Positions 26,044 through 37,233 of a stretch of DNA of 64,000 nt are shown one piece after another. Source of the stretch: Laetmonice hystrix (lineage: Eukaryota). Location: contig OZ249436.1 of the NCBI GenBank assembly GCA_965235115.1, positions 32,738,001 to 32,802,000 on the forward strand. The letters are read 5' to 3'. The notes below the pieces were generated by a model that ran no database searches, had not been told where the DNA came from, and was given only the letters and a program-made list of their open reading frames with translations. Each line of letters opens with the position of its first letter. The first letter of the stretch is position 1. A program made the position numbers and the translations under genes.

Positions 26044-27171
26044 ATGGACGGATTTCTCCCACAACCTGTTCTGGCATTTTTACATGATGCCAAGAATCTT
26101 GGAGTGTCGCTAAGCTGGTCCATCTCCAGCTCACAGGATAAGAAGTCCATAGTTCTGGAGTGGAATACCCATCCAGATACAGATAAGTCCATTTGTGTGT
26201 CATCGACCTCTGGTCACAAATCTCCAAGCAGACGTCGCCGTGATGCTCAGAGATATCAGGCCTGGACCAAGAAGAAGCAGGAGACCAGCCAGTCAGCATC
26301 CAGGAGTAGAGAAGAGGAGAGCAAGGGACCAGCCAAGCCAGTCCACCATCCTCAGGGGCAGAGGTCAGCGGCTTTGCAGCAGAAACGCCACAAGAAATGC
26401 AAGTCAACTGCCAGGCTCTCTACCCCACAACAGAATCAACATCCTCCTCCAGTGAGTGCCGTTTCGCTCGACCATGGACCATCCAAGTCAACCGCATCAA
26501 CCCAAACAAACAGGCCAGTGACCATCTCTCGTGAGCTGCAAACTGCTCCTCCCACTGTCCAGTCTAAAGGTGTGCAAGCACTTTGCCCTGTGCCATCCGA
26601 GACCAAGAGTTGTCAGAGTGAGGCAGTGAGCAGATCTGACTCTGCTACTCAGACTTGGACAATCAGGGGTGACCAAAGTACCCAGACTGTGGGAAATGGC
26701 CCCCAGAAGACAAAGCAATTGTTGGATCCCATGTGTCTAGAATCTAGTGAGCTGGAGTTCCCAGATCAACACTTCCTTGATTCCCTGGTCAGAAATAGAA
26801 GTGATCCACGGTCACTTCCCATACTGCATCAAGCTGGACAGAGAAGTATACCCGTGTGTGATAAGAGCCTCACAAGGAAATTGTCTTATAGACAAGAGAT
26901 CTATGAGAGCCATGTGTTACTCTCTGAACCCATTGATTACGATATCACACATATCAAAGACTGTTTTGGATTTCTTGAACGTGACGAGGCATTTTATCTT
27001 CTCACAAAGTATAGAGGGCTGCATTACCTTATACCAGATGAAGGACGTTACTCAGACTTTGAACAGTTGGACCATGCTGGATCACTCTGTGTGACACTTT
27101 TAATTTATGATTATAGAAGACGGAGGTATATCCAACCAGAACCTCGATATAATAACCTTGTTCAAGTTTAA
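26044..27171 (+). CDS. 375-aa ORF of the LTR element, unknown function; basic KSPSRRRRD motif and a central array of TQT-like motifs
   Basis: Longest non-repeat ORF in the window. ATG in a strong ACCATGG context, uninterrupted, and fills most of the 1372-bp internal region. No CCHC knuckle, protease, RT, RNase H or integrase motif seen. Confidence 0.8.
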   Translation: MDGFLPQPVLAFLHDAKNLGVSLSWSISSSQDKKSIVLEWNTHPDTDKSICVSSTSGHKSPSRRRRDAQRYQAWTKKKQETSQSASRSREEESKGPAKPVHHPQGQRSAALQQKRHKKCKSTARLSTPQQNQHPPPVSAVSLDHGPSKSTASTQTNRPVTISRELQTAPPTVQSKGVQALCPVPSETKSCQSEAVSRSDSATQTWTIRGDQSTQTVGNGPQKTKQLLDPMCLESSELEFPDQHFLDSLVRNRSDPRSLPILHQAGQRSIPVCDKSLTRKLSYRQEIYESHVLLSEPIDYDITHIKDCFGFLERDEAFYLLTKYRGLHYLIPDEGRYSDFEQLDHAGSLCVTLLIYDYRRRRYIQPEPRYNNLVQV

Positions 27172-27282
27172 CATGACTGTCAGGAGAGGACAATCACATC
27201 TGTATCCTGACATTTGGTATTTTTCATAGCAGATATCTTCTACATGATATCCAGTCATGAACACTCATTTTTATTTTTCTTC

Positions 27283-27321
27283 GAGATTGGATGCTCCAAT
27301 CTCAGTTGAGCGAGGGGGATA
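27283..27321 (+). promoter_or_regulatory. Stem-loop followed by polypurine tract upstream of the 3' LTR
   Basis: GAGATTGGA-TGC-TCCAATCTC (perfect 9-bp stem, 27283-27303), then GAGCGAGGGGGATA (27308-27321) directly abutting the LTR. Confidence 0.8.
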
Positions 27322-28056
27322 TATCGTACCCCTAGTTTCACTATGGGCTACTCTTGCTCAAAATAATGAACAGACAACTTATGTCAGAGACAATTCTTAT
27401 GTTTAGTTGTAAATTGTATACGTTTGATTTACACCCAGAAAGATTATATGTTCATTATAAACATTTACCAACCATGTTATGGTGTATTAAGGATTTAACC
27501 ACCGTTCTCAGATGTTCAGTTTGTATTCATTGTCTGCTACCAGCATCTTAGGTTTACAAACAATGTAATCTCTTGGGTGACATATGTTCTCCATTGATGG
27601 TTTTCCCCAGCTTTCGTTTGGGAGGTTGATTTATTAATGAAGGCAGGACAGTCATAGGGGCAGAGTCGCTCATCACAGGGAACCCGTAATACAGGTGTTT
27701 TCTCACCTATTGTTTCCCACCTCTGTGAAGCAGCTCACTAGTGCCAGGATGTCGGCCTCAGTAATCACTGCTCATTAGACTGTCTGCCAGTGCCAACTTA
27801 CTTGTCTTTAACAACAATATACAATCCCCAAAGTGGCCTGCCCTGTGATGGTTTAGCCAATCGGGAGCTAGCATTTTTATGTTGTATATCATTGGTCAGT
27901 TTGACAATGGTTTTCTCTATATATACTCATGTTATAACTTTGTACAAAGACTTGGAAAGTGAACTGGAATAAACTTCATATAGTTGACCAGCTCAACCTC
28001 GTCCTTCTGCTGTACACGCAGTCTTCTGGAATGTCGTAGGAACCCTCCGTACGATA
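27322..28056 (+). repeat. 3' LTR (735 bp)
   Basis: Direct repeat of 25215-25949, followed by the GTAT TSD. Confidence 0.95.
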
Positions 28057-30445
28057 GTATTAGCAAACGTGTACACGAAAATTAGATCGAGCTATGTGTT
28101 GGTTCTCGAGCTCCGATCATCTTCCCAGTGCCAAAATGCCAACATTAGGGGGAAAGACGATCGTCTTTTTCAATAGAAGGGGATTTTCAGTATGAAATCG
28201 ACATAAAATGAGGTAACTAGTGGTATCATTGACTAGATGGTCTCACAGGTATATTTTGAGAACTGTGTGTTTTGGAGCGTGTTCAATTTTTACCTCCGCT
28301 TTAACCCTGAATGAAGGCATTTGACTTTTGTATGACTTGCTTCATTGTAAACTTTCTTGGCGCTGATCTATACATGTACATTTGTCTTGGAATAAAATGT
28401 GAATGCTGTCTAGTTAAAAAGAAGCTGCAACTCAATTCAAAACTGTCAGCGATGTCCCAAGTCAAGGCCAAGGTGTCGCCATTACGGCAAAATGGCATGG
28501 GAGATATTTCAGTCATAAACGATGCAATCTATCGATTATGCTCAAACACGAAGTGACAGTAACTCGTACAGTGACATTAGAAAAAGTAGACAGGCTAAAG
28601 TCTCCTGAGCATCAGGCCAAGTCGGCCACCCTGGCTAAAATCTATACCGAGTATAATATATAACGTCATTGCAGATCTACAGATCTAAGTCATTTTATTA
28701 CCCGTCATATCAACATGCAATGTGAATGATACGCAAAAAGACTTTATGAACCTTCATGCCCTGAAATAATTCAAAAATGATTAAGTATAGAGAAGATTGT
28801 TTTTTTACAGTCTGATCGTGACGTCACCCCCCCCCCCCCCCTTCCCCAAGCTAGAATCTAGAATCCTAGGCAGACACTTATCGGCGAATCGTCCTTAGAA
28901 TCACCTCAAACCTTCCTCTACAGACGCGCCGTCATCTGCTTCCTTCACTATACACTACTACGGTCGTTTTTGTGTGTGAATATTTATTGTACTTAGGCAA
29001 GCCTTGCCGACCGCAGCCCGACGTAAACATCGTTACGGGCATAGAAATCGTGTTCTTTGGTTCAACCAACGCATTCGTCTTTGGGACCGATATTGGTGTT
29101 AATTTGGGAAAATAGGTTCTCGATGTGTCAACGTGTCTACTAGTACAACAATCACAATTGTGTATTATAAAGATAAGCAGGTGAAGATGTGTGTGGGCTA
29201 CAATTATAAGTGTGTTGTAAGTGTAAACAAAGTGCACCAGGATAAACGGACTCAGATGATACAAGTTGTTCCTGAAGCCATGCACCCTGCCGTCAAGGGA
29301 AAACCAAAAGTTAACGAATTCAGTTGCTACTTCTTCACTCTGCTTCACTTGTGAACTCAAAGACGTCCTTCATTGGAAGTTCATGTCATGTTGATTCTGT
29401 ATAACATACATGTTTATTATGGGGAATGGTTAATTGTTGTCCATGTAATTTGTGTATGCTGTTGTTATTTTTCTTGGAACCTTTCTCAAAGGAGGGCCTA
29501 GAAATATAAAATAACAAAACGGGATTAGAGTTTGACTACACGATACACATGGTGACGAGAGGTAACTTTGTTAATGTACTATGTCAGTTAACAAATTGAA
29601 AGGTAAAGATAGTTTCCCTAAGTCCGGTCGTAGTTTCCACATAGTTGCTATAATTACATAGTTGTACGTTATGGACAGACGTACGATACACGTTTATGAT
29701 TGTGTAAACTGACAGGTTTGTGCGCTTTTGAAGATCCAAAAATCACTTGGATTGGGACTACTATCAAAGATTGAATAATTGACTTTGGCATCTATAAGGT
29801 TTAGTAGATGCAAACGAACAACTGCAGGCTATTGCCACTCACCCCATCAACACACGAATGCACACCCATGATTCGATTTGGTCATCGAAAAACATGCGCG
29901 TGTATGTCACAGCCTATCTTTGTAATGTTTGAATGAAATAAAATATGGTTCCCAAAAGGAGGTACCACTGGTTCTAGATGATCTCTTATGCCAGGAATTA
30001 TTAATAATTATTAAGTGGTGTATGTTACTTGACAACCTTAACAACGGTATAAATGAGGCTTGTGTGTGGGTGGGTGGGGGTGCGAGGAGGGGGGGGGGCA
30101 CGTCTAGACGGTCGCCCGTAATCATGCGTTGGTCCACACATTCTCCTTGGTGTTGCTGACAGAAGGCGGTGAGGAACATAGTTGACGGGGTGAATTGATC
30201 ATCGCAAGCCCCGCCTGATGAAAGCACACGTAGGCATGTTCCACTACTGACAAAACAGCCGGCGACTGACTTTTTCAGGATCACACTGCGTCTGAGGCAG
30301 AATGGTGCGGAACATAACAGAACAGTCGAGCCTGTTCCCACCGACCCCGCACACGTTCCCTGTTTTACGACCTGAGCATAATCATTCTGCCTGATGCCGA
30401 CGATTTCGGCGCGGCGCAAGCAATCGCAGGTGCGACCTGTGGCCT

Positions 30446-31732
30446 TGTTACAACCTATAATGTAATAACTGACCGATAATGTGATAAAGGTCAAAATTTT
30501 ATAAATTATTACATTATCAACACCCTCTCCAACCGATAATGTAATAATCGACCGATAGTGTAATAAAATTTCTAACCGATAATGTAATACAATTTTGACT
30601 CCGATAATGTAATAATCGACCGATAATGTAATCGAATTTCTAACCGATAATGTAATACAATTTTCACCAAGAGTGTAATAAGATACGCTAACCGATAGTG
30701 AAACTTGGCGTCAATTGAAAGAGCATGCATGACTTCCTATTCGTGCTCAATAGTAACTATGGCCCTATCTGGCCCCGTTTCCGAGTTAGAGCCATAGATA
30801 TGTAAAGTGGCCACTGTTCAAAATTTTCAGGTCACGTGGTTTAACAAAATAGGTCAAATCGATTCTAGCAAAGGGGATTCCACTGACCCTCTCTTTAGAG
30901 ACCATCCCTGTGCAATTTAATAAAATTTTAATGAAAATCGAGGAAGAAGTAGGCATTTAAGCATTTTCTGACCTTTGACCCAGCTCTCAGACACGTCAAA
31001 GGTCAAAGGTCAAAATATTTGCAAAAAATGAATTAGGTCTCTGCTCAATTCCGACAGTTCATCAGTTTCTAAAAAGTTTCCATATTGACCTTGAAAACCG
31101 TCCCAATAGTCAGAACACTAATGACGGCATAACGTCATTGTCAGATCAGAGTTGGTGACTATCAACATGTCCACCAAATTTGACTTTGATATCTTGAAAA
31201 ACGACCGAGATACGACCCCTGTTTACTACTACTACATCTACTACGCATATAATACAGAAACCGAAACCAGACCATTTCTAGATCCCATCCCCCTAGGATG
31301 GGGGATGGGATAATAAAAAGGCGTAATTTTGGAACGTAATTTTTAATAAGTTGGGTGTTATGTAACACTTATTCACACACCCCAACCCCTCCCTCTGTAA
31401 CGCTTTGTAACGGAACCCTACATACCCAACCACCCCCCAAGCGTTACGTAATTTATGGACAGCCCCCAAGGCAGGGTAGAGATTTGCCTCTTCACTTTAT
31501 TACATTATCGGTCAAGATGGTATTACATTATAATAGCGTATTTTATTACATTATCCGTCAAAATTGTATTATAATATCGGTTAGCAATTTTTCCCGAATT
31601 TCATTACATTATCGGTAGATTATTACATTTTTAGTTGGAGAGGTTGTTGATAATGTAATGATAATGTAATAATTTATCAAATTTTGACCTTTATCACATT
31701 ATCGGTCAGTTATTACATTATCGGTTGTAACA
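30446..31732. mobile_element. Non-autonomous DNA transposon with long TIRs, TGT...ACA termini and 5-bp TSD (Ginger-like)
   Basis: GGCCT|TGTTACAACCTATAATGTAATAACTGACCGATAATGTGATAAAGGTCAAAATTT... matches ...AAATTTTGACCTTTATCACATTATCGGTCAGTTATTACATTATCGGTTGTAACA|GGCCT. The inverted similarity extends >100 bp and is built from ACCGATAATGTAAT sub-repeats. No transposase ORF. Confidence 0.88.
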
Positions 31733-32553
31733 GGCCTCCTTTATTACAGGGGCTGGTCTGTATCGCCGGCCGGGTGGGGGGTTCCCCTGTCCCACCACCT
31801 ACAAAAAGCTTGCCCTTTTTTTTGACATTTTAAAATCATCATTACATGTCCCGTGGAGATCCGGCATAACCGAACACGGCGTAAAACCACAATTTCACGC
31901 TCACTTTGCCACCACAGTCCCAGAAGAGAACCTGATCTTTTCCAAGCAGGTGCCATTTTAACTGAATAGAAATAGCCCTGTCAATAAAAAGTATCCCTCT
32001 CGGATCGTCGGGGTTCTAGAAATTTAACTGCCTAGGGCCGTGAATGTTAAGACATGAGGAAGACTACCTTGATGCGTAAGATTAACATCTATCGTCATAC
32101 TGTATTAATTCTCCACAGTTGTTCAAATAAGAAACCGTTCCACGCACTAATCACCAAAAGCAGCCCAAAGCAATATGCTCGACAGAACATAACCTGCTTG
32201 CTTTTCCAATATGTGTAGGATTACTCGCTCATCTCAACTATGGATCTATAGGCCTACCCTTCATGCAGTATTGGGTCTCCACTTATAAATCATGCTATCG
32301 GAAGCTATTTGGAAATTTAAGGAGACATTGAAAATTATTAAAATTAATTTCCTCAGTTTAAGTTTGTTACCACAGGATAGACGCCTATGAGTCCGACGAA
32401 ATTCCCAATCTATTATGTATTAGGCCTATAATGTATGTATTATAATGTTTTGGTTGTAATCAAATTCTCCTCTGAGGGTGAGCAAAGGATCCTTGTCACC
32501 GACCGTAGCCTACATTATAGGGGCGTGTGAGTGTGTTATTGTGGCTTTGGCTG

Positions 32554-32725
32554 CAGTGGCGCAGTGAGCACTATCGGCGTCTGGGGGCAAACTTGATTAT
32601 GGCGCCCACCCCACACCCCCGCCCCATTGTCAACTTGAAAAAAAAGGTCTACACACACACTTGGCGCCCCCTATACCTTTGCGGTCAGGGGCAAATGCCC
32701 CCCCCCCCCCGCCACTACGCCACTG
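32554..32725. mobile_element. Short G/C-rich MITE
   Basis: CAGTGGCGCAGTG ... CACTACGCCACTG inverted termini; flanks TTTGGCTG / GTCGGCTG may be a decayed 8-bp TSD. Confidence 0.6.
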
Positions 32726-32814
32726 GTCGGCTGCCAGTCTGGACATCATCATAACGAAAATTACGGTCTTTGTTACGAATGCACTGCGGGTTTGGCAGAG
32801 CTTGTCGGATAAGA

Positions 32815-33480
32815 GGTTAGGCCTAGTTACCGGTTAGATGATCGGTTAGTTACCTCATTACCGGTCAGATGATCGGTTAGTTAACTCATTAGGTTACTTG
32901 TTTTGCGTCCGCCTCGTCAAATTTTTCCAGGTCGGGGGGAAGGTTTTTTATTTTTTTTATTCTATGAATGGAGTGACGGCGTGGCTGTAGGAAGAAGGCA
33001 CCCATGATATTCATGGTCAGACGGCAAGTTAGGAAGGTATAGAAGACTATAATGAAAACTTCCAAGCTAGAATTTGAAGAAGAAAGCATGAAAATTCTAT
33101 TTAAGTCTGTGTTCAAGGAAAAACTTGTGCACATTTATTTTAAAATGAAATTTTGTCACCAGTCATACAACACAGTTCGAAGTGACACTGCTGGGACTCT
33201 TTTAGAACCGACTTTACTGCACATGGTCATGTACATGCACAGGAGGCAGGAATTAAAAAAACATCTGGCTGAAATAAAAAAAAAAAAAATAAAAATAAAT
33301 CCAGGTCGGAGGCATTTCACAGGTCGGGCGGGGACGCTATAGTCATAAACAAGTAACTTTTTTTTATTTGGCCTTACCGGTCAGATGATCGGTTAGCCTA
33401 GTTAACTCATTACCGGTCAGGTGATCGGTTACTTTACTCATTACCGGTTAGATGATCGCTTAGTTAATTCATTACCGGTC
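32815..33480. repeat. ~30-bp minisatellite (TTACCGGTCAGATGATCGGTTAGTTAACTCA) split by a MITE insertion
   Basis: About 2 units at 32815-32891 and 3-4 units at 33374-33480. Confidence 0.8.
32892..33373. mobile_element. MITE with TTA TSD (PIF/Harbinger-like)
   Basis: TTA|GGTTACTTGTTT ... AAACAAGTAACTTTTTTTATTTGGCC|TTA. The left TIR appears internally shortened. Removing the element plus one TTA restores the minisatellite unit CTCATTACCGG. Confidence 0.75.
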
Positions 33481-33888
33481 TCGTTGTGATATTATGAGCT
33501 GTTGTGGACACCGGGAATTGAACGGCTTGTGGCCGTCAGACCCGATATAGATCTGTCATTTAGCTCCTGAAACGGACGAGGGCCCGGCGTGAGGCGCGGT
33601 GGGGCCCGGCGTGAGGCGCGGTGGGGCCCGGGGGAGGAGGAGAGGGGGAGGGGGCTGGTGATCCACCGGAGATCGCACCACCCGAAGACAGCTTAATTTC
33701 CGTGTGGCCTGTTCTTGCCCGAAGGAGTGCTGTTGGTGGTAGATATCCTGTCGGCAACTGTTGGCCGAGATTTTGTTTTCTTTGTTTAGGCTGTTTGGAT
33801 GATAACAAGGAGCAACACGCACACCGGGACTATGACCCACTCTCTTCGAGAAGTTCCGCTGGTCCTTGATTGTGCAGCACTACATATA

Positions 33889-34074
33889 CAAGGGCCTAGA
33901 CAAGAGGGGGGGGGGGCTTGGGGGGGCTAAAGCCCCCCCCCCCCAGATTTTTAAAGGACAGCAGAAACCTTTGTGCCCCAGGTTGTTTTCTAGCACAGTC
34001 TTCAAGTTAACAACCATCCATAGCCCCACCTCCCCCCCCCCCCCGCCAGATTTTACCACTTGTCTACGCCCCTG
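33889..34074. mobile_element. G/C-rich MITE with near-5-bp TSD
   Basis: CAAGGGCCTAGACAAG ... CTTGTCTACGCCCCTG inverted termini; flanks ATATA / ACATA. Confidence 0.7.
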
Positions 34075-34377
34075 ACATAGTGTTAGACCGGAAAAAGTGA
34101 GAGCACTCATATTCATAAAGAGCTAGCTGCTTGTGGCAGTTTAATTCTGTCGGTGGTTTAAGCCATATAGGCCTACCGGCCACTAGCCCCCCTGTACGAA
34201 GGAAATAACAGCAAAAGAGCCTAAAATGTACATCCACACCTGTCTTGTACAGAGGAGAGGTTCATGAGTAAGGAATCCTGACTGCGCCGTGCTGTTGGAG
34301 GAGGAGGAACGATCGAGCGCATGGAATAATACGCCGTGCTTAAGATCTAAATGTAGGTAGGTCTATGTGACATGTGA

Positions 34378-34550
34378 AAGTTTGCTGTAAAGTCAGTGGT
34401 TGATGGTGCTCCGGTTTCCTCGACAGGTCGTTGGAGGTGACTGATGGTCACATAGTTCAAGGATTCATGACTTTTATTTTTTTGTTATCAAATGCACTGT
34501 CATGAAAGACGGAAAAGTATAGTTGTCGGACGATAACACTTTAACGCCCT
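34378..34550 (+). mobile_element. Decayed SINE fragment (V-domain-like motif)
   Basis: GGTGCTCCGGTTTCCTC at ~34405-34421 resembles the conserved V-SINE core motif; surrounding sequence is degenerate. Confidence 0.35.
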
Positions 34551-35924
34551 AATCGATTTGAATCGCGATTTGACAGTATCGATCACAAAAAGGTATAACT
34601 CGACTAGTGAATTTTGTAATCTATGTCCTTAAAACAGAAGTTTATTCTTAACAAATGTATGATTTCAGACCTTAAAACATACCTCCGTGGAATGGTCTCA
34701 TTTTCTGTGTCACTGTCCTTCCTTCCTTCCCTTACCTTGCCTTAATTTCCTTCCTTCCGCCCTTCCTTTCCTTCCTTCCCCTCCCCTTCCTTTCTTTCTT
34801 TCTCTCTTTCTTTCAGCAGTACGAGTTGATGATTGTTATTATAATCTATGTCTGTGCCTGACCGAACGCTATAGTACTCCGGGTTATCGCAATCTCAGTG
34901 TTTTTGGCTGACGACTGACAAGAACTAAAGGTCATAAGGATACCCCTAAGCAGACCTTTCCATCCAATTAGAAATTTCCATATCTACTTACGTTTTCATC
35001 CAAACCAAATCAATTATTCCTGTCTTGAATACGGCAGGATATAATCTGTGTCAACGTTTCTATTTATAACAGCTAGGCCTACTATTCACAATATCTTACA
35101 GAACCTGTAAGGTGGTAAATTTTATGTTTACGGTTATTTATAACTATAACTGGGATTGCGAATATGAGTCGAGCATCAGTTGAATCGCCGGCGAGATGCT
35201 CAATTAGGCCAAATATGATACTCGTTAATAATGTAAGCTTATACTACCTATACATGAAGTAAAACGGGTCAATTTATGCAGCAATAGCATCAGTATAACA
35301 TCACTTCTTACATAAGAATTTGAATATAGGCTGTAATGGTCAGTTGCCCCTTTAATATTTGATGCCGGTCCTCCGAGAAGGGCCGCATCTGCAGTCCTTA
35401 ACGTACTTGATTAAAATCATTCATAGCTTGACACGTCTGCCATTATATAAATTCTGATCCAAGATTTATTCCTGGTCATAGTATAAGGAGGGTCCACTCG
35501 CATGTAATCCCTACCCTGATGATTCACACCATGGGAGTTGGGAAGGACACCTAAGGTCACAAGATGCGGCTCATTCATGTTTCTAGGCACACTTCTTCCA
35601 TCCACTGGAGTGTAACAAGATTTGGGATTCATCATACTCCCAATTTCTGAGGAAAAAGACTATACGAGTTTCACTATCTCGTAAACGGCTATCAATTCCC
35701 GCACGCGCGGCTAGGCCTGACCCTCAAGGTTAAAGTGGATGTGCCAAGAATTTCAGTAACATGTGGAGTTTAAAAAGAACAAAGTTTGCATTGCGCTTCT
35801 TATAGCTATGATCCAGAACTCCTCTACTGTTCTATATGTGAGTTTGACGACTATTATCTTTTAGAAAAAAGGTTCTACAATGGTCACTAAATCGACTTTC
35901 GTATTACTGAAAATGAGCTTCTTA

Positions 35925-36051
35925 AGCCCCCGTCACACTTTGTTTTTCTCGGATCACTCGCCGGGTCTCCGTGATCAGCGATTTCCGTAGCTACCAGTGG
36001 CGACCCGTACCGATCCGTAGCGGCCTTTCGATCCGTGGATGCGTTTTGGAC
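35925..36051. mobile_element. Truncated relative of the 584-bp Harbinger-like MITE found in the 3-kb array
   Basis: TTA|AGCCCCCGTCACAC terminus and shared internal CCGTAGCGGCCTTTCGATCCGTGGA...GTTTTGGACA. Confidence 0.7.
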
Positions 36052-36780
36052 AGGCAGTGCTGTAATGTGATTGGTGCTTGAGGTACTGCAAGTAGGCCAC
36101 AAGGAGAATAACTAGGTGGAAAGCAGATGGCGCTGCGATATTTTCTCCGGTGAAAAAAGGCTGGCTGTCGTGAGGGGGGGGGGGATCGCTCGAAGCGGTT
36201 TAACCCCGAGCGTGGGAGGATGATATAGGGTAGGCAGGCCATGTGAGGGAGGTTCTATATGTATAGGTTCGATTCATCAGAATTACATTGCACCAATTAA
36301 AAGCTATCTCCGATTCTGAATCTTCTTGGAAGCGAACACTTTGAGCAAATCACGGTCGGATATGCCCGTCCCAAAATTAGACCGAAGCTTTGCCATGAGA
36401 ACTCTGCACGGCGAACGCTTCGTGAACCTAAAGGGCAATCAGCTGACGTCGCAGTCACTTCCGGGTTGACTCTCGACAGGATCTACATCCTACGGCTTCA
36501 GGTTCGATAATGAGTCGGACTATAGGCCTACTCTCTGTCTCGGGACCAAGACGTTGTCCTGTGGTTAGTGGATCATGAATGACTGGTTACAGGACCACCA
36601 GCCCCGTGAGGAGGCGAAAACACATCCGGAAACCTTTGCTAAGTGTCCTTGGCGGTTGAGCTAAAGTATATGTTTCTCCAAACATTAGCCTGATTAGGCA
36701 TACTAGTCCTCCGTGTCGCCCTGCTCCCCCCCCCCTTCCCAATCCCTCCTTCGTCCCCATGATAGATACCTCATACTGAA

Positions 36781-36893
36781 AGGTAATATGTCACGAATTT
36801 CAAATAGGCCTACGTCGTGTTTCAGCAAAAATATGTCTGCATTGCGGTTCTCCGATATGCCCCAAAGGTCCCCTACTTGTTCATGTAGCTTTG
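36781..36893 (+). mobile_element. Partial copy of the 221-bp TTAA element at 44418
   Basis: AGGTAATATGTCACGAATTTCAAATA...TGTAGCTTTG closely matches 44418-44527. Confidence 0.85.
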
Positions 36894-37233
36894 CGACTGC
36901 ATGCGACCCCCCCCCCCCCCCCCCCAAATGCTCCGGCTCTAAGTCTTGATAGATTTTCGGTATGGACCAATCCGCTGCGAGCAAACCGGAAACTGGAACC
37001 TTGTAAACGGGCCGCTTATGGGCTCAACGAAACGAACAACTCAGAGATAGGAACTTGTCCAGACCCTCTGTTCGGGCCGCTGTGGGTCTGGATGATCGAG
37101 ACTGGGTTTAAAGTGACTGGTTATTCTCCTATGCTAATTATCCGCGGGTGGAAGTGACTTAGGGGTTGATGATCAAGGTAAGGGCTGCAGGTATAGTAAA
37201 AAAATACTTCCCAATGCCCCCTGCGACAACGTA

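Larger units (their letters stand above)
25215..28056 (+). mobile_element. Non-autonomous LTR retrotransposon with a single ORF and no pol
   Basis: Two 735-bp direct repeats (25215-25949 and 27322-28056), each bounded by TATCGTAC...GTACGATA. GTAT is duplicated outside (25211-25214, 28057-28060). PBS follows the 5' LTR and PPT precedes the 3' LTR. Confidence 0.95.

Noticed and set aside
25160..28071. TAGCAAACGTG on both sides of the LTR element as an alternative long TSD
   Set aside because: The left copy is ~45 bp from the LTR edge; GTAT directly abuts both LTRs, and the PBS and PPT confirm those boundaries.
29907..30494. 195-aa minus-strand ORF
   Set aside because: Starts inside the Ginger-like TIR at a non-ATG codon, crosses a homopolymer run, and has no protein-like motifs; treated as chance.
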